From sequence record OR999189.1: DNA of 64,000 nt; one strand, written 5' to 3'. Both the position numbers and the translations under genes were made by a program. The notes under the pieces were generated by a model. The model worked only from the letters and a program-made list of their open reading frames with translations, was not told the DNA's origin and ran no database searches. The stretch's first letter is position 1. Each line of letters opens with the position of its first letter. The DNA comes from Enterobacteria phage P922. Below, piece by piece: positions 20,743 through 34,253 of the stretch.

Positions 20743-21660
20743 ATGGATTTAGAAATGATGCTGGATGAAGATTACAAAGAAGGAATCTGCTTAATTGACT
20801 TTAGTCAAATTGCGCTTTCAACTGCTTTGGTAAACTTCCCAGATAAAGAAAAAATTAATTTATCAATGGTTCGTCATTTGATATTGAACTCAATTAAGTT
20901 TAATGTCAAAAAAGCGAAAACTCTTGGATACACTAAAATTGTATTGTGTATTGATAACGCGAAATCTGGATACTGGCGTCGTGATTTCGCTTATTATTAT
21001 AAGAAAAACCGTGGAAAAGCACGAGAAGAATCTACTTGGGACTGGGAAGGTTATTTTGAATCCAGTCATAAAGTTATAGATGAATTGAAAGCTTATATGC
21101 CATACATCGTTATGGATATTGATAAGTATGAAGCAGATGATCATATCGCTGTTCTTGTTAAAAAGTTCTCTTTAGAAGGACACAAGATTTTAATCATTTC
21201 ATCGGATGGTGACTTTACTCAACTTCACAAATACCCAAATGTTAAGCAGTGGTCACCGATGCACAAGAAATGGGTTAAAATTAAAAGCGGTTCTGCTGAA
21301 ATTGACTGTATGACTAAAATCCTTAAAGGTGATAAAAAGGATAACGTTGCTTCAGTTAAAGTACGATCTGACTTTTGGTTTACCAGAGTTGAAGGTGAAC
21401 GAACTCCTTCAATGAAAACATCTGTTGTTGAAGCTATTGCTAATGACCGTGAGCAAGCTAAGGTGCTTCTCACTGAATCTGAATATAATCGATATAAAGA
21501 AAATTTAGTTCTAATTGATTTTGATTATATTCCTGATAATATTGCTTCAAACATTGTGAATTACTATAATTCATATAAATTACCACCGCGTGGCAAAATT
21601 TATTCATATTTTGTAAAAGCGGGTCTTTCTAAATTAACTAATAGCATTAATGAATTTTGA
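20743..21660 (+). CDS. rnh: RNase H (5'-3' exonuclease / flap endonuclease)
   Basis: 305 aa from ATG (track start is TTG); MDLEMMLDEDYKEGICLIDFSQIA matches T4 RNase H. Confidence 0.9.
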   Translation: MDLEMMLDEDYKEGICLIDFSQIALSTALVNFPDKEKINLSMVRHLILNSIKFNVKKAKTLGYTKIVLCIDNAKSGYWRRDFAYYYKKNRGKAREESTWDWEGYFESSHKVIDELKAYMPYIVMDIDKYEADDHIAVLVKKFSLEGHKILIISSDGDFTQLHKYPNVKQWSPMHKKWVKIKSGSAEIDCMTKILKGDKKDNVASVKVRSDFWFTRVEGERTPSMKTSVVEAIANDREQAKVLLTESEYNRYKENLVLIDFDYIPDNIASNIVNYYNSYKLPPRGKIYSYFVKAGLSKLTNSINEF

Positions 21661-21668
21661 GGTGAATA

Positions 21669-21938
21669 ATGGCTAAAAAAGAAATGGTTGAATTTGATGA
21701 AGCTATCCATGGCGAAGACTTGGCCAAATTTATCAAAGAAGCATCTGATCATAAACTGAAAATTTCTGGTTATAATGAATTGATTAAAGATATTCGAATT
21801 CGTGCTAAAGATGAACTTGGCGTTGATGGAAAGATGTTTAATCGTCTGTTAGCTTTGTATCATAAAGATAACCGTGATGTGTTTGAAGCTGAAACCGAAG
21901 AGGTAGTTGAACTTTATGACACAGTTTTCTCTAAATGA
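21669..21938 (+). CDS. dsbA: dsDNA-binding protein DsbA (late transcription)
   Basis: 89 aa; position between rnh and 33. Confidence 0.8.
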   Translation: MAKKEMVEFDEAIHGEDLAKFIKEASDHKLKISGYNELIKDIRIRAKDELGVDGKMFNRLLALYHKDNRDVFEAETEEVVELYDTVFSK

Positions 21939-22254
21939 TATTCGTCCGGTCGATGAGACCGGTCTTTCAGAAAAAGAACTTTCAATTAAGAAAGAAAAGG
22001 ATGAAATAGCAAAGCTTCTTGACCGCCAAGAAAATGGATTTATTATCGAAAAAATGGTAGAAGAGTTTGGAATGAGTTATCTTGAAGCTACAACAGCATT
22101 CTTGGAAGAAAATTCTATTCCTGAAACTCAATTTGCTAAATTTATTCCTTCGGGTATAATTGAAAAAATTCAGTCAGAAGCTATTGACGAAAATCTTTTA
22201 CGTCCTTCTGTTGTTCGTTGTGAAAAAACTAATACATTAGATTTTCTATTATGA
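21916..22254 (+). CDS. 33: gp33 late transcription co-activator
   Basis: 112 aa from ATG (MTQFSLNDIRPVDE...), matches T4 gp33. Confidence 0.85.
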   Translation: MTQFSLNDIRPVDETGLSEKELSIKKEKDEIAKLLDRQENGFIIEKMVEEFGMSYLEATTAFLEENSIPETQFAKFIPSGIIEKIQSEAIDENLLRPSVVRCEKTNTLDFLL

Positions 22255-22904
22255 TTAAACTCCGCATGCCTGCTGGTGGTGAAAGATATATTGATGGTAA
22301 ATCAGTTTATAAATTATACTTAATGATAAAACAACATATGAATGGAAAGTATGATGTAATTAAGTATAATTGGTGCATGCGGGTGTCTGATGCCGCTTAT
22401 CAAAAGCGAAGGGATAAGTATTTTTTCCAGAAGTTATCAGAAAAATATAAATTAAAGGAACTTGCTTTAATCTTTATAAGCAATCTTGTTGCTAACCAGG
22501 ATGCTTGGATTGGTGACATCTCTGACGCTGATGCACTTGTGTTTTATCGTGAATATATCGGACGCTTAAAGCAAATTAAATTTAAGTTTGAAGAAGATAT
22601 TCGCAATATTTACTATTTTAGTAAAAAAGTTGAAGTTTCTGCTTTTAAAGAAATCTTTGAATATAATCCAAAAGTTCAATCAAGTTATATTTTTAAACTA
22701 CTTCAATCGAATATAATTTCGTTTGAAACGTTTATCTTGCTTGATTCGTTTTTAAATATAATTGATAAACATGATGAACAGACTGATAATTTAGTCTGGA
22801 ATAATTATTCTATAAAGTTAAAGGCTTATAGAAAAATTTTAAATATTGATTCACAGAAAGCTAAAAGTGTTTTCATTGAAACTGTGAAATCTTGTAAGTA
22901 TTAA
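22251..22904 (+). CDS. 59: gp59 helicase loader
   Basis: 217 aa; MIKLRMPAGGERYIDGKSVYKLYLMIKQH matches T4 gp59. Confidence 0.9.
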   Translation: MIKLRMPAGGERYIDGKSVYKLYLMIKQHMNGKYDVIKYNWCMRVSDAAYQKRRDKYFFQKLSEKYKLKELALIFISNLVANQDAWIGDISDADALVFYREYIGRLKQIKFKFEEDIRNIYYFSKKVEVSAFKEIFEYNPKVQSSYIFKLLQSNIISFETFILLDSFLNIIDKHDEQTDNLVWNNYSIKLKAYRKILNIDSQKAKSVFIETVKSCKY

Positions 22905-22905
22905 T

Positions 22906-23538
22906 ATGAATATAGTATATTGGTTTACATTTGAAGACCGTGTCAAAAATAAGACTCCGCCGTACTACTATATCGGCAGTAAATTAAATTGCTCATTTGA
23001 GAATGGAATAATATATGACTCTTCCGGAAAGGAATACTGGAGTTCGTGTAAACAAAAAAGATTTTTAAATGCGGTAATGCTTCAAAAACCGAGCGTTAAA
23101 ATAATTCAAATTGATGATGATTTGGATGTTATTGAAGCAGAGCGAAAATACCAACTTGAAGTAAATGCCAGAGATAATCCAGACTATTTTAATCTGGTAT
23201 ATGCCGGTGGCGGATTTGGTGTGAGTGGTGAAACTCATCCAGCCAAAGACCCGGAAGTTAGAGAGCATATGAGATTGGCTAATTATATGAACCGTGACGA
23301 TTTTAGACCTTGGAAAACATCACGAGCTAATATAGAGTCTTGGAAATTATCTCATATTGCTTACGAGAATTATGTGTTATTATTATCCTCTAATCTGTAC
23401 GGTAAAACTCCTGGATGGCGAAGAGTTAAAGGTAATATAAATATAACTGATACAACTGCTAAATCGATGGTAAAGTATTTCAACTCAGGTTGGATACCTC
23501 TCGAAGACCCAGAGTATTGCGAATTATGCCAGCTATGA
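22906..23538 (+). CDS. segG: GIY-YIG homing endonuclease SegG
   Basis: 210 aa; GIY-YIG-like motif (VYWFTF...YYYIGSK); located between 59 and 32 as T4 segG. Confidence 0.75.
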   Translation: MNIVYWFTFEDRVKNKTPPYYYIGSKLNCSFENGIIYDSSGKEYWSSCKQKRFLNAVMLQKPSVKIIQIDDDLDVIEAERKYQLEVNARDNPDYFNLVYAGGGFGVSGETHPAKDPEVREHMRLANYMNRDDFRPWKTSRANIESWKLSHIAYENYVLLLSSNLYGKTPGWRRVKGNINITDTTAKSMVKYFNSGWIPLEDPEYCELCQL

Positions 23539-23593
23539 GGTAAAGTGTCATAGCACCAACTGTTAATTAAATTAAATTAAAAAGGAAATAAAA
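23539..23593 (+). promoter_or_regulatory. gene 32 translational operator (autoregulatory leader with pseudoknot region and A/U-rich tract)
   Basis: UGAGGUAAAGUGUCAUAGCACC followed by UUAAAUUAAAUUAAAAAGGAAAUAAAAAUG, as in the T4 gene 32 leader. Confidence 0.75.
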
Positions 23594-24502
23594 ATGTTTA
23601 AACGTAAATCTACTGCTGAACTCGCTGCACAAATGGCTAAACTGGCTGGAAATAAAGGTGGTTTTTCTTCTGAAGATAAAGGCGAGTGGAAACTGAAACT
23701 CGACAATGCGGGTAACGGTCAAGCAGTAATTCGTTTTCTTCCGTCTAAAAATGATGAACAAGCACCATTTGCACTTCTTGTAAATCACGGTTTCAAGAAA
23801 AATGGTAAATGGTATATCGAAACATGCTCATCTACCTACGGTGATTACGATTCTTGTCCAGTATGTCAGTACATCAGTAAAAATGATTTGTACAATACTG
23901 ACAATAAAGAGTATGGTCTTGTTAAACGTAAAACTTCTTACTGGGCTAACATTCTTGTAGTAAAAGACCCAGCTGCTCCAGAAAATGAAGGTAAAGTATT
24001 TAAATACCGTTTCGGTAAGAAAATCTGGGATAAAATCAATGCAATGATTGCAGTTGATGTTGAAATGGGTGAAACTCCGGTTGATGTAACTTGTCCGTGG
24101 GAAGGTGCTAACTTTGTACTGAAAGTTAAACAAGTTTCTGGTTTTAGTAACTACGACGAATCTAAATTCCTGAATCAATCTGCGATTCCAAACATTGATG
24201 ATGAATCTTTCCAGAAAGAACTGTTCGAACAAATGGTTGACCTTTCTGAAATGACTTCTAAAGATAAATTCAAATCGTTTGAAGAACTGAGCACTAAGTT
24301 CAGTCAAGTTATGGGAACTGCTGCTATGGGTGGTGCCGCAGCAACTGCCGCTAAGAAAGCTGATAAAGTTGCTGATGATTTGGATGCATTCAATGTTGAT
24401 GACTTCAAAACAAAAACTGAAGATGATTTTATGAGCTCAAGCTCTGGCAGTTCATCTAGTGCTGATGACACGGACCTGGATGACCTTTTGAATGACCTTT
24501 AA
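23594..24502 (+). CDS. 32: gp32 single-stranded DNA-binding protein
   Basis: 302 aa; [17 protein letters not shown]..., acidic Ser/Asp-rich C-terminus. Confidence 0.95.
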   Translation: MFKRKSTAELAAQMAKLAGNKGGFSSEDKGEWKLKLDNAGNGQAVIRFLPSKNDEQAPFALLVNHGFKKNGKWYIETCSSTYGDYDSCPVCQYISKNDLYNTDNKEYGLVKRKTSYWANILVVKDPAAPENEGKVFKYRFGKKIWDKINAMIAVDVEMGETPVDVTCPWEGANFVLKVKQVSGFSNYDESKFLNQSAIPNIDDESFQKELFEQMVDLSEMTSKDKFKSFEELSTKFSQVMGTAAMGGAAATAAKKADKVADDLDAFNVDDFKTKTEDDFMSSSSGSSSSADDTDLDDLLNDL

Positions 24503-24524
24503 TAGATTATATTACTAATTAATT

Positions 24525-24550
24525 GGGGACCCTAGAGGTCCCCTTTTTTA
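24525..24550 (+). terminator. rho-independent terminator after gene 32
   Basis: GGGGACC-CTAGA-GGTCCCC followed by TTTTTT. Confidence 0.65.
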
Positions 24551-24569
24551 TTTCAAAAATTTTTCACAA

Positions 24570-24610
24570 AACTGTTTACATCTCTGTTCTTCTATGGTAC
24601 TATACAACTA
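24570..24610 (+). promoter_or_regulatory. T4-type early promoter
   Basis: TTTTTCACAAAACTGTTTACA...ATGGTACTATACAACTATC. Confidence 0.55.
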
Positions 24611-24646
24611 TCGGCAATACTGCTGACGGTTAAAGAGGAAAACAAT

Positions 24647-24874
24647 ATGGCTAAAGTTGATATTGACATCGTTGATTTTGAATATATTGAAGAAATTATT
24701 CGTAATCGTTATCCTGAACTTAGTATCACAAGCGTACAAGATTCTAAGTTTTGGAGTATTCAAATCGTTATTGAAGGTCCTTTAGAAGTTCTTGAGCGAT
24801 TTATGGCTAATGAATATTGTGATGGCATGGATGCTGAAGACGCAGAATTTTACATGGGACTGATTGAACAATAA
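24647..24874 (+). CDS. hypothetical acidic protein (75 aa)
   Basis: AGAGGAAAACAATATG start. Confidence 0.5.
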   Translation: MAKVDIDIVDFEYIEEIIRNRYPELSITSVQDSKFWSIQIVIEGPLEVLERFMANEYCDGMDAEDAEFYMGLIEQ

Positions 24875-24919
24875 CTATCAAGGGGCTGTCAGGCCCTTAT
24901 TAAAATGAGGAAAATCAAA

Positions 24920-25306
24920 ATGGAAATCGGCAAAAAATATGAGTTAAATCCACATCGTATTAAATCTTTCATTGATATTAGTTCATCAAATGCTAATATG
25001 GTCGGTATCATTCAAGAAAATGGTGGTTGGTTTGAAGTTAAATCAATATCAAGTTTAGATGGCTTTGATTATGTAACCGAAATCATTTGTGCTAATGGCG
25101 AAATCTATTATAATGATGGCATAGGTGATGATTATTTTGAACTTAGTGAAGAAGAGTTTTATTGTTTCCGCGAGTATAAAGAACCGACTTCTGAAGAAGA
25201 TGAAGTCGAAGACAAGATTTCTGGCGTAACAAAAATTCACTGCATTGTAGACGAAAACAATGTAGATGAAATCATTGAACTTTTGCGAAAAACTTTCAAA
25301 AAGTAG
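24920..25306 (+). CDS. hypothetical protein (128 aa)
   Basis: second ATG preferred: TGAGGAAAATCAAAATG. Confidence 0.45.
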   Translation: MEIGKKYELNPHRIKSFIDISSSNANMVGIIQENGGWFEVKSISSLDGFDYVTEIICANGEIYYNDGIGDDYFELSEEEFYCFREYKEPTSEEDEVEDKISGVTKIHCIVDENNVDEIIELLRKTFKK

Positions 25307-25311
25307 TTTAC

Positions 25312-25350
25312 AGTAGGGTAGTAGTGTGATACTATTACCCTATCAACTAA
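25312..25350 (+). promoter_or_regulatory. T4-type early promoter
   Basis: GTAGTTTACAGTAGGGTAGTAGTGTGATACTATTACCCTATC; -10 region flanked by inverted repeat GGGTA/TACCC. Confidence 0.5.
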
Positions 25351-25360
25351 GGAGAATAAA

Positions 25361-25603
25361 ATGAGATTACAACGTCAGAGCATTAAAGATTCAGAAGTTA
25401 GGGGTAAATGGTATTTTAATATCATCGGTAAAGATTCTGAACTCGTTGAAAAAGCTGAACATCTTTTACGTGATATGGGATGGGAAGATGAATGTGATGG
25501 ATGCCCTCTTTATGAGGATGGAGAAAGCGCAGGGTTCTGGATTTATCATTCTGACGTCGATCAGTTTAAAGCTGATTGGAAAATTGTGAAAAAGTCTGTT
25601 TGA
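25361..25603 (+). CDS. hypothetical protein (80 aa)
   Basis: AAGGAGAATAAAATG start. Confidence 0.5.
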   Translation: MRLQRQSIKDSEVRGKWYFNIIGKDSELVEKAEHLLRDMGWEDECDGCPLYEDGESAGFWIYHSDVDQFKADWKIVKKSV

Positions 25604-25613
25604 GGAAAATATT

Positions 25614-25949
25614 ATGTCTGACATTCACGTAACTGGAATTGCCCAAGTAAACATCCGTTGCCAATTTAAAACTGTACCTGGGGTGACTCATATTACTTTA
25701 TCACACGACCCATATTCTCGTGGAAGACAGTTGACTGGTGCAATTAAGTTTTTTGGTGGAATTGGCGGAAACGAATTTACTATAGGCGATGACGAAATTG
25801 TTGGTTGTAAATTAAAAGTTCAGAAGGGAGTGTTAGAACTTTTTAGTGATGAAATTTTTAATGAAATCTCACAAGCAGTTAATAAAGGACTGCTAACGTT
25901 AATTAAAATGATTAAAGCCAGTGGATATGTTCCCGATCCTTTATATTAG
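25614..25949 (+). CDS. hypothetical protein (111 aa)
   Basis: GAGGAAAATATTATG start. Confidence 0.5.
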   Translation: MSDIHVTGIAQVNIRCQFKTVPGVTHITLSHDPYSRGRQLTGAIKFFGGIGGNEFTIGDDEIVGCKLKVQKGVLELFSDEIFNEISQAVNKGLLTLIKMIKASGYVPDPLY

Positions 25950-25957
25950 GAGATAAT

Positions 25958-26986
<1,029 letters not shown>

Positions 26987-26987
<1 letters not shown>

Positions 26988-27847
26988 TGAAACAATACCA
27001 ATTTTTAATTAAAGATATCCTGGAAAATGGTTACGAAACCGATGACCGAACAGGCACAGGAACAATTGCTTTGTTTGGTACTAAATTACGCTGGGATTTA
27101 ACTAAAGGTTTTCCTGCGGTAACAACTAAAAAATTAGCATGGAAAGCCTGTATTGCTGAGCTAATATGGTTTTTATCGGGAAGCACAAATGTCAATGATT
27201 TGCGATTAATTCAACATGATTCATTAATTCAAGGCAAAACAGTCTGGGATGAAAATTACGAAAATCAAGCAAAAGATTTAGGATATCATAGTGGTGAACT
27301 TGGTCCAATTTATGGAAAACAATGGCGTGATTTTGGCGGTGTAGACCAAATTATAGAAGTTGTTGATCGTATTAAAAAACTACCAAATGATAGGCGTCAA
27401 ATTGTTTCTGCATGGAATCCAGCTGAACTTAAATATATGGCATTACCGCCTTGTCATATGTTCTATCAGTTTAATGTGCGTAATGGCTATTTGGATTTGC
27501 AGTGGTATCAACGTTCGGTAGATGTTTTCCTCGGTCTTCCATTTAATATTGCATCATATGCTGCATTAGTTCATATTGTAGCTAAGATGTGTAATCTTAT
27601 TCCAGGAGATTTGATATTTTCTGGCGGTAATACTCATATCTATATGAATCACGTAGAACAATGTAAAGAAATTTTGCGTCGTGAACCTAAAGAGCTTTGT
27701 GAACTGGTAATAGGCGGATTGCCTTATAAATTCCGCTATCTTTCTACTAAAGAACAATTGGAATATGTTCTTAAACTCAGGCCTAAAGATTTCGTTCTCA
27801 AAGATTATCAGTCCCATGGTGTCTTGAAAGGAAAAATGGCGGTGTAA
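26987..27847 (+). CDS. td: thymidylate synthase, uninterrupted (no group I intron)
   Basis: 286 aa continuous ORF from ATG (track start is TTG); MKQYQ...; full ThyA fold including the catalytic PPCH motif. Confidence 0.9.
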
Positions 27848-27870
27848 TTAATTATTAATTGTGAGGATAT

Positions 27871-28134
27871 ATGATTTTACGATTTAAAGATACTTCTGGT
27901 GTAGTTCTTTTTACACTTCCTAACCCAAGCGAGTTAGAAGTTCCAGGACCAAATCAGCCTATTGTCATTTATGGCAAAAAATATTATACTCATAAAATGA
28001 CTCGTGAGTATTTTGATAATAAAATTTCCACAGTTAAAACTTCTTCAGATTGTTACTATGATATTACTGTTTTAACGGAAAAACAATATGACGAATTATC
28101 ACCGCGCGGGCCGTCTATGCCAGGTAGTGAATAA
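27871..28134 (+). CDS. hypothetical protein (87 aa)
   Basis: ORF between td and nrdA. Confidence 0.5.
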   Translation: MILRFKDTSGVVLFTLPNPSELEVPGPNQPIVIYGKKYYTHKMTREYFDNKISTVKTSSDCYYDITVLTEKQYDELSPRGPSMPGSE

Positions 28135-28414
28135 ATATAAATCCGACTTTGATGTTAATATTCACCGTGGTACATTTTGGGGAAATTACGTCGGTAAAGA
28201 TGCTGGCAGCCGGGAGGCTGCCATTGAATTATTCAAAAAAGATTTTATACGTCGAATTAAATCCGGAGAAATAACTAAAGCACATTTAGAGCCTTTACGT
28301 GGAATGAGGCTAGGATGCACATGTAAACCAAAGCCGTGTCATGGTGATATAATAGCTCATATAGTTAACCGATTGTTTAAAGACGATTTTCAAGTTGAGG
28401 ACTTATGCAATTAA
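28088..28414 (+). CDS. hypothetical protein (108 aa; start uncertain)
   Basis: ORF between td and nrdA overlapping the nrdA start. Confidence 0.45.
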   Translation: MTNYHRAGRLCQVVNKYKSDFDVNIHRGTFWGNYVGKDAGSREAAIELFKKDFIRRIKSGEITKAHLEPLRGMRLGCTCKPKPCHGDIIAHIVNRLFKDDFQVEDLCN

Positions 28415-30669
28415 TTAATGTTATCAAAAGTAGTGGTGTTTCTCAAAGCTTTGACCCGCAAAAAATTATTAAAGTTTTATCTTGGGCAGCTGAAGGAACA
28501 TCTGTAGATCCTTATGAATTATATGAAAATATTAAATCATATCTCCGTGATGGAATGACCACTGATGACATTCAAACCATTGTAATTAAGGCTGCTGCGA
28601 ATTCTATTTCAGTTGAAGAGCCTGATTATCAATATGTAGCTGCACGCTGTTTAATGTTTGCTCTTCGTAAGCATGTTTACGGACAGTATGAGCCCCGTTC
28701 ATTTATTGACCATATTTCTTACTGTGTAAATGAAGGTAAATACGACCCTGAATTGTTGTCAAAATATTCAGCAGAAGAAATTACATTTTTAGAATCAAAA
28801 ATTAAGCATGAGCGGGATATGGAATTTACTTATTCCGGGGCGATGCAATTAAAAGAAAAATATCTCGTTAAAGATAAAACCACTGGTCAAATTTATGAAA
28901 CTCCCCAGTTTGCATTTATGACTATTGGAATGGCATTACATCAAGATGAACCTGTTGATAGATTAAAACATGTTATTCGTTTTTATGAAGCAGTATCTAC
29001 TCGACAGATTTCACTGCCTACTCCTATTATGGCTGGATGTCGTACTCCGACTCGGCAATTTAGTTCATGCGTTGTTATTGAGGCAGGCGATTCGCTGAAG
29101 TCTATCAATAAGGCTTCTGCTTCAATTGTTGAGTATATTTCAAAACGAGCTGGAATCGGTATTAACGTTGGTATGATTCGTGCCGAAGGTTCTAAGATTG
29201 GCACAGGTGAAGTACGCCATACTGGTGTTATTCCTTTTTGGAAACATTTTCAGACTGCTGTTAAATCATGTTCACAGGGCGGAATTCGTGGCGGCGCTGC
29301 TACTGCTTATTATCCTATTTGGCATTTGGAAGTTGAAAATCTTCTCGTTTTGAAAAATAACAAAGGTGTAGAAGAAAACCGTATCCGTCATATGGATTAT
29401 GGCGTCCAGTTGAATGATTTGATGATGGAACGTTTTGGAAAGAACGATTACATTACTTTGTTCAGTCCGCATGAAATGGGTGGTGAGCTTTATTATTCTT
29501 ATTTTAAAGACCAAGACCGTTTCTGCGAATTATACGAAGCAGCAGAAAAAGACCCTAATATTCGCAAAAAGCGTATTAAAGCCCGTGAACTATTTGAATT
29601 ACTCATGACTGAACGATCAGGAACAGCAAGGATTTATGTGCAGTTCATTGATAATACGAATAACTATACTCCGTTTATTCGTGAAAAGGCGCCTATTCGC
29701 CAGAGTAACTTGTGTTGTGAAATTGCTATTCCAACAAATGATGTGAATAGTCCTGATGCTGAAATTGGATTGTGCACGTTATCTGCATTTGTGTTGGATA
29801 ACTTCGATTGGCAAGACCAAGATAAAATTAATGAATTAGCAGAAGTTCAAGTACGTGCACTTGATAACCTGTTAGACTATCAAGATTATCCGGTTCCAGA
29901 AGCTTTAAAAGCTAAAAAGCGTCGTAATCTCGGTGTTGGTGTTACGAACTATGCAGCTTGGCTGGCAAGTAACTTTGCTTCTTATGAAGATGCTAACGAT
30001 TTAACACATGAACTATTTGAGAGATTACAGTATGGGCTCATTAAAGCATCCATTAAGCTCGCCAAAGAAAAAGGACCTTGCGAATATTATTCAGACACTC
30101 GTTGGTCTCGAGGCGAATTACCTATCGACTGGTACAATAAAAAGATTGACCAAATCGCAGCTCCAAAATACGTTTGTGACTGGTCGTCGCTGCGGGAAGA
30201 CCTTAAGCTCTTTGGCATCCGTAATAGCACATTATCAGCACTTATGCCATGTGAGTCATCTTCCCAAGTTTCTAACAGTACAAACGGTATCGAGCCTCCA
30301 CGTGGACCAGTCTCTGTTAAAGAATCAAAAGAGGGTTCCTTTAATCAAGTCGTGCCCAATATTGAGCATAACATAGACCTCTATGATTATACGTGGAAAT
30401 TAGCTAAGAAAGGCAATAAACCTTATCTTACGCAGGTAGCTATTATGCTGAAATGGGTATGTCAATCAGCTTCAGCGAATACATATTATGACCCGCAGAT
30501 TTTTCCAAAAGGAAAGGTTCCAATGTCTGTAATGATTGATGACATGCTATACGGATGGTATTATGGCATTAAAAACTTCTATTATCATAATACTCGTGAT
30601 GGTTCCGGTACTGATGATTACGAAATAGAAACTCCAAAAGCCGATGATTGCGCAGCGTGTAAATTGTAA
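28405..30669 (+). CDS. nrdA: aerobic ribonucleotide reductase large subunit
   Basis: 754 aa, same length as T4 NrdA; class Ia RNR motifs. Confidence 0.95.
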   Translation: MQLINVIKSSGVSQSFDPQKIIKVLSWAAEGTSVDPYELYENIKSYLRDGMTTDDIQTIVIKAAANSISVEEPDYQYVAARCLMFALRKHVYGQYEPRSFIDHISYCVNEGKYDPELLSKYSAEEITFLESKIKHERDMEFTYSGAMQLKEKYLVKDKTTGQIYETPQFAFMTIGMALHQDEPVDRLKHVIRFYEAVSTRQISLPTPIMAGCRTPTRQFSSCVVIEAGDSLKSINKASASIVEYISKRAGIGINVGMIRAEGSKIGTGEVRHTGVIPFWKHFQTAVKSCSQGGIRGGAATAYYPIWHLEVENLLVLKNNKGVEENRIRHMDYGVQLNDLMMERFGKNDYITLFSPHEMGGELYYSYFKDQDRFCELYEAAEKDPNIRKKRIKARELFELLMTERSGTARIYVQFIDNTNNYTPFIREKAPIRQSNLCCEIAIPTNDVNSPDAEIGLCTLSAFVLDNFDWQDQDKINELAEVQVRALDNLLDYQDYPVPEALKAKKRRNLGVGVTNYAAWLASNFASYEDANDLTHELFERLQYGLIKASIKLAKEKGPCEYYSDTRWSRGELPIDWYNKKIDQIAAPKYVCDWSSLREDLKLFGIRNSTLSALMPCESSSQVSNSTNGIEPPRGPVSVKESKEGSFNQVVPNIEHNIDLYDYTWKLAKKGNKPYLTQVAIMLKWVCQSASANTYYDPQIFPKGKVPMSVMIDDMLYGWYYGIKNFYYHNTRDGSGTDDYEIETPKADDCAACKL

Positions 30670-31400
30670 TGAATTATCAAAAAATCTATAATGACCTAAT
30701 TTCCCGAGCTCAGGCTCGGGAATCTTTATCAGAATATAAAGAGACACATCATATAATCCCTAGATGTATGGGAGGTTCTGATGATAAGGAAAATTTAGTT
30801 GAATTAACAGCCAGAGAACATTTTATAGCTCATTTACTACTATGTAAGATAAATGAAGGCCATTTTGGGCTTGCCTCTGCGTTAACGTTAATGGCAACAG
30901 ATAAAGCTGGCAATAGAATTAATAACAGATTGTACAGCTTACACAGAAAATTATTTGCTAAAGCTAATTCTGAGTTCTTTAAGAAATATTGGAAAAATAA
31001 TCCTCATCCTAAAGGAATGTTAGGCAAGCACCATAAAAGCGAAACTAAACAGCATGTATCAAACGTGAATAGATATGCATGCCCATCTATAGAAATACAT
31101 AAATTCTCATTAGATGGGGATTTCATAGAAACCTTTCACTCTATTGCGGCAGCGTCCCGGTCAGTTAATGGAAACGGGTCAAATATCAAATATTGTGCCG
31201 AGGGTAAATTTCAATATGCTTATGGATTTAGATGGTCATATCAACTTGATGCAAAGTTTGACAAAATAAAACCAAGAGATTATAAAGGAATCCGCGGTAA
31301 GAAATGGATTAATAATGGAAGTGAATGCACGCTTATAGGTAAAGATGATATTATACCGCCAGGTTGGAAACACGGCAGAATTTTAAAGAGGAAAAATTAA
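30669..31400 (+). CDS. mobE: HNH homing endonuclease (MobE-like) between nrdA and nrdB
   Basis: 243 aa; HNH motif HHIIPRCMGGSDDKENLVELTAREHFIAH; position between nrdA and nrdB where T4 carries mobE. Confidence 0.7.
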   Translation: MNYQKIYNDLISRAQARESLSEYKETHHIIPRCMGGSDDKENLVELTAREHFIAHLLLCKINEGHFGLASALTLMATDKAGNRINNRLYSLHRKLFAKANSEFFKKYWKNNPHPKGMLGKHHKSETKQHVSNVNRYACPSIEIHKFSLDGDFIETFHSIAAASRSVNGNGSNIKYCAEGKFQYAYGFRWSYQLDAKFDKIKPRDYKGIRGKKWINNGSECTLIGKDDIIPPGWKHGRILKRKN

Positions 31401-32578
31401 TGTCTACAGTTTTTAATACAAACCCAGTTGATGTTTTAAAAGAACCTATGTTCTTCGGTTCAGGTCTTGGTATTGCGCGTTATGATATTCAACGTCATAA
31501 AGTTTTTGAAGATTTAACCGAAAAGCAGTTGTCATTTTTCTGGCGTCCTGAAGAAGTAAACTTAATGATGGATGCTGCACAATTTAACAAGCTTCCTCAG
31601 TATCAGCAAGATATTTTTACTAACAACCTGAAGTATCAATCACTTCTAGATAGCATTCAGGGTCGTGCACCGTCTGCAGTACTTATGTCATTAATTTCAG
31701 ACCCAAGTCTTGATACATGGGTTGCTACATGGACTTTTAGTGAAACTATTCATAGCCGTTCATATACCCATATCATGCGAAATCTTTATACTGATCCATC
31801 GAAGGTATTTGATGAGATTGTACTAGATGAAGCTATCATGAAACGTGCTGAATCTATCGGTCGCTATTATGATGATGTTCTGACTAAAACCCGTGAATGG
31901 GAAAATGCTAAAGAATTTACAGAACTAGCTAAAGAATCTCCTGATGCTGTTTTTCGTTTAAATCGAGCTATTAAACAAGAAGCCGAAGCTAAACGAGCAC
32001 TAATGAAATCTCTTTACCTCTGTTTGCACGTTATTAATGCCTTAGAAGCTATTCGTTTTTATGTATCTTTTGCATGTACCTTTAACTTCCATAAGAACAT
32101 GGAAATCATGGAAGGTAATGCCAAGATTATGAAGTTCATTGCACGTGATGAGCAGCTTCACCTTAAAGGCACCCAATATATTATTCGTCAACTTCAATCC
32201 GGTACTGATGGCGGCGAATGGGTTAAAATTGCTCAAGAGTGTGAACAAGAAGCAGTTGATATTTTCATGGAAGTTAACCGCCAAGAAAAAGATTGGGCAG
32301 TTCATTTATTTAAAGATGGCGATGTTCCTGGATTAAATACAAATAGCATGTGGAGCTTTATTGATTACTTAACTGTATCTCGTATGAAACAGTGCGGTCT
32401 TCCATGCCCAATTACCGATGCTCCGGTTAAACATCCATATCCTTGGATTCGTGAATACCTTAATTCTGATAATGTTCAATCCGCGCCACAAGAAGTAGAA
32501 CTGTCATCTTACCTTGTTGCACAGATTGATAATGATGTTGATGATAAAGTTATGATGAGTTTTAAAAAATACTTTTAA
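31400..32578 (+). CDS. nrdB: aerobic ribonucleotide reductase small subunit, uninterrupted
   Basis: 392 aa continuous from ATG (track start is TTG); di-iron/tyrosyl radical family. Confidence 0.9.
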   Translation: MSTVFNTNPVDVLKEPMFFGSGLGIARYDIQRHKVFEDLTEKQLSFFWRPEEVNLMMDAAQFNKLPQYQQDIFTNNLKYQSLLDSIQGRAPSAVLMSLISDPSLDTWVATWTFSETIHSRSYTHIMRNLYTDPSKVFDEIVLDEAIMKRAESIGRYYDDVLTKTREWENAKEFTELAKESPDAVFRLNRAIKQEAEAKRALMKSLYLCLHVINALEAIRFYVSFACTFNFHKNMEIMEGNAKIMKFIARDEQLHLKGTQYIIRQLQSGTDGGEWVKIAQECEQEAVDIFMEVNRQEKDWAVHLFKDGDVPGLNTNSMWSFIDYLTVSRMKQCGLPCPITDAPVKHPYPWIREYLNSDNVQSAPQEVELSSYLVAQIDNDVDDKVMMSFKKYF

Positions 32579-32583
32579 GGAGT

Positions 32584-32597
32584 GGGCCGCAAGGCCC
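32584..32597 (+). promoter_or_regulatory. stem-loop GGGCC-GCAA-GGCCC between the AAGGAG SD and the denA start codon
   Basis: hairpin sits between SD (AAGGAG) and the first ATG of the denA reading frame. Confidence 0.45.
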
Positions 32598-32605
32598 ATT
32601 TTATT

Positions 32606-34191
<1,586 letters not shown>

Positions 34192-34193
<2 letters not shown>

Positions 34194-34250
34194 CTGTTTA
34201 CAAGTCCCTCGTGTTGTGTTATAGTAGACTTACTGACATAACATGAGGGC
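34192..34250 (+). promoter_or_regulatory. T4-type early promoter plus structured leader (duplicate of cassette at 50004)
   Basis: GTTTACAAGTCCCTCGTGTTGTGTTATA...ACATAACATGAGGG; 28 nt identical to 50005 region. Confidence 0.55.
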
Positions 34251-34253
34251 TTT

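Noticed and set aside
27847-27870. Expected td group I intron with I-TevI
   Set aside because: td translates as one uninterrupted 286 aa thymidylate synthase; no intron-sized insertion or GIY-YIG ORF is present within it.
28983-30376. ORFs of 73-122 aa on either strand inside nrdA
   Set aside because: Internal to a 754 aa conserved enzyme gene; no independent signals.
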